A model generated the notes under the pieces. That model saw only the letters and a list, made by a program, of their open reading frames with translations. It did no database searches and was not told where the DNA came from. A DNA stretch of 64,000 nucleotides, from contig JAQGDQ010000366.1 in the NCBI GenBank assembly GCA_030141605.1, positions 56,618 to 120,617 on the forward strand, written 5' to 3'. The first letter of the stretch is position 1, and each line of letters opens with the position of its first letter. A program made the position numbers and the translations under genes. This stretch comes from Tubiluchus corallicola. Taxonomy: Eukaryota > Animalia > Priapulida. This document shows, piece after piece, positions 63,111 to 64,000 of the stretch.

Positions 63111-64000
63111 TTGGAGGCATTTAGTATAGTAGTACAGCAGTTATTGATTTTTGGTGGCATTTAGTATAGTAGTACAGTAGTTATTGATTTTTGGAGGCAT
63201 TTAGTATAGTAGTACAGTAGTTATTGATTTTTGGAGGCGTTTAGTATAGTAGTACAGTAGTTATTGATTTTTGGAGGCATTTAGTATAGTAGTACAGTAG
63301 TTATTGATTTTTGGAGGCGTTTAGTATAGTAGTACAGTAGTTATTGATTTTTGGAGGCATTTAGTATAGTAGTACAGTAGTTATTGATTTTTGGAGGCAT
63401 TTAGTACAGTAGTACAGTAGTTATTGATTTTTGCAGGCATTTAGTATAGTAGTAATTGATTTTTGGAGGCATTTAGTATAGTAGTACAGTAGTAATTGAT
63501 TTTTGGAGGCATTTAGTATAGTAGTACAGCACTTATTGATTTTTGGAGGCGTTTAGCATAGTAGTACAGCAGTTATTGATTTTTGGTGGCATTTAGTATA
63601 GTAGTACAGTAGTTATTGATTTTTGGTGGCATTTAGCATAGTAGTACAGCAGTTATTGATTTTTGGTGGCATTTAGTATAGTAGTACAGCAGTTATTGAT
63701 TTTTGAAGGCATTTAGTATAGCAGTACAGCAGTTATTGATTTTTGAAGGCGTTTGGTATAGTAGTACAGTAGTTATTGATTTTTGGTGGCATTTAGTATA
63801 GTAGTACAGTAGTTATTGATTTTTGGAGGCGTTTAGCATAGTAGTACAGTAGTTACTGATTTTTGGAGGCGTTTAGTATAGTAGCACAGTAGTTATTGAT
63901 TTTTTTAGGCGTTTAGTATAGTAGCACAGTAGTTATTGATTTTTGGAGGCGTTTAGTATAGTAGTACAGTAGTTATTGATTTTTGGAGGCGTTTAGTATA
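63111..64000. repeat. Minisatellite, 40 bp unit, >=22 copies (runs off window)
   Basis: Unit ttggaggcatttagtatagtagtacagtagttattgattt. Confidence 0.95.

Overview
AT-rich, intron-containing, repeat-dense DNA from an animal genome (most likely a bilaterian invertebrate; not prokaryotic). Reading splice sites by hand gives: (1) an intronless class A GPCR (3849-4709, -) plus a frameshifted, insertion-truncated paralog fragment (5696-5883, -); (2) an 8-coding-exon, ~39 kb, + strand gene (15565-54724; 414 aa, all intron phases compatible) for an MGCGGS-type, putatively acylated protein with two degenerate adenylate-kinase-like domains; (3) the first two coding exons of a DNAJC5/cysteine string protein gene (61478-62969, +). 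The rest is about 15 unrelated minisatellite arrays, microsatellites, MITE families (TTAA/AGG T2-Kolobok-like, hAT-like, Tc1-like, pogo-like) and truncated RTE/L2-type LINE fragments. The long ORFs in the track at 33.9-35.7, 37.5-38.7, 44.2, 48.3 and 52.1 kb are repeat artefacts. No CRISPR, rRNA or intact tRNA was seen. All homology calls are from motif recognition, not database searches.
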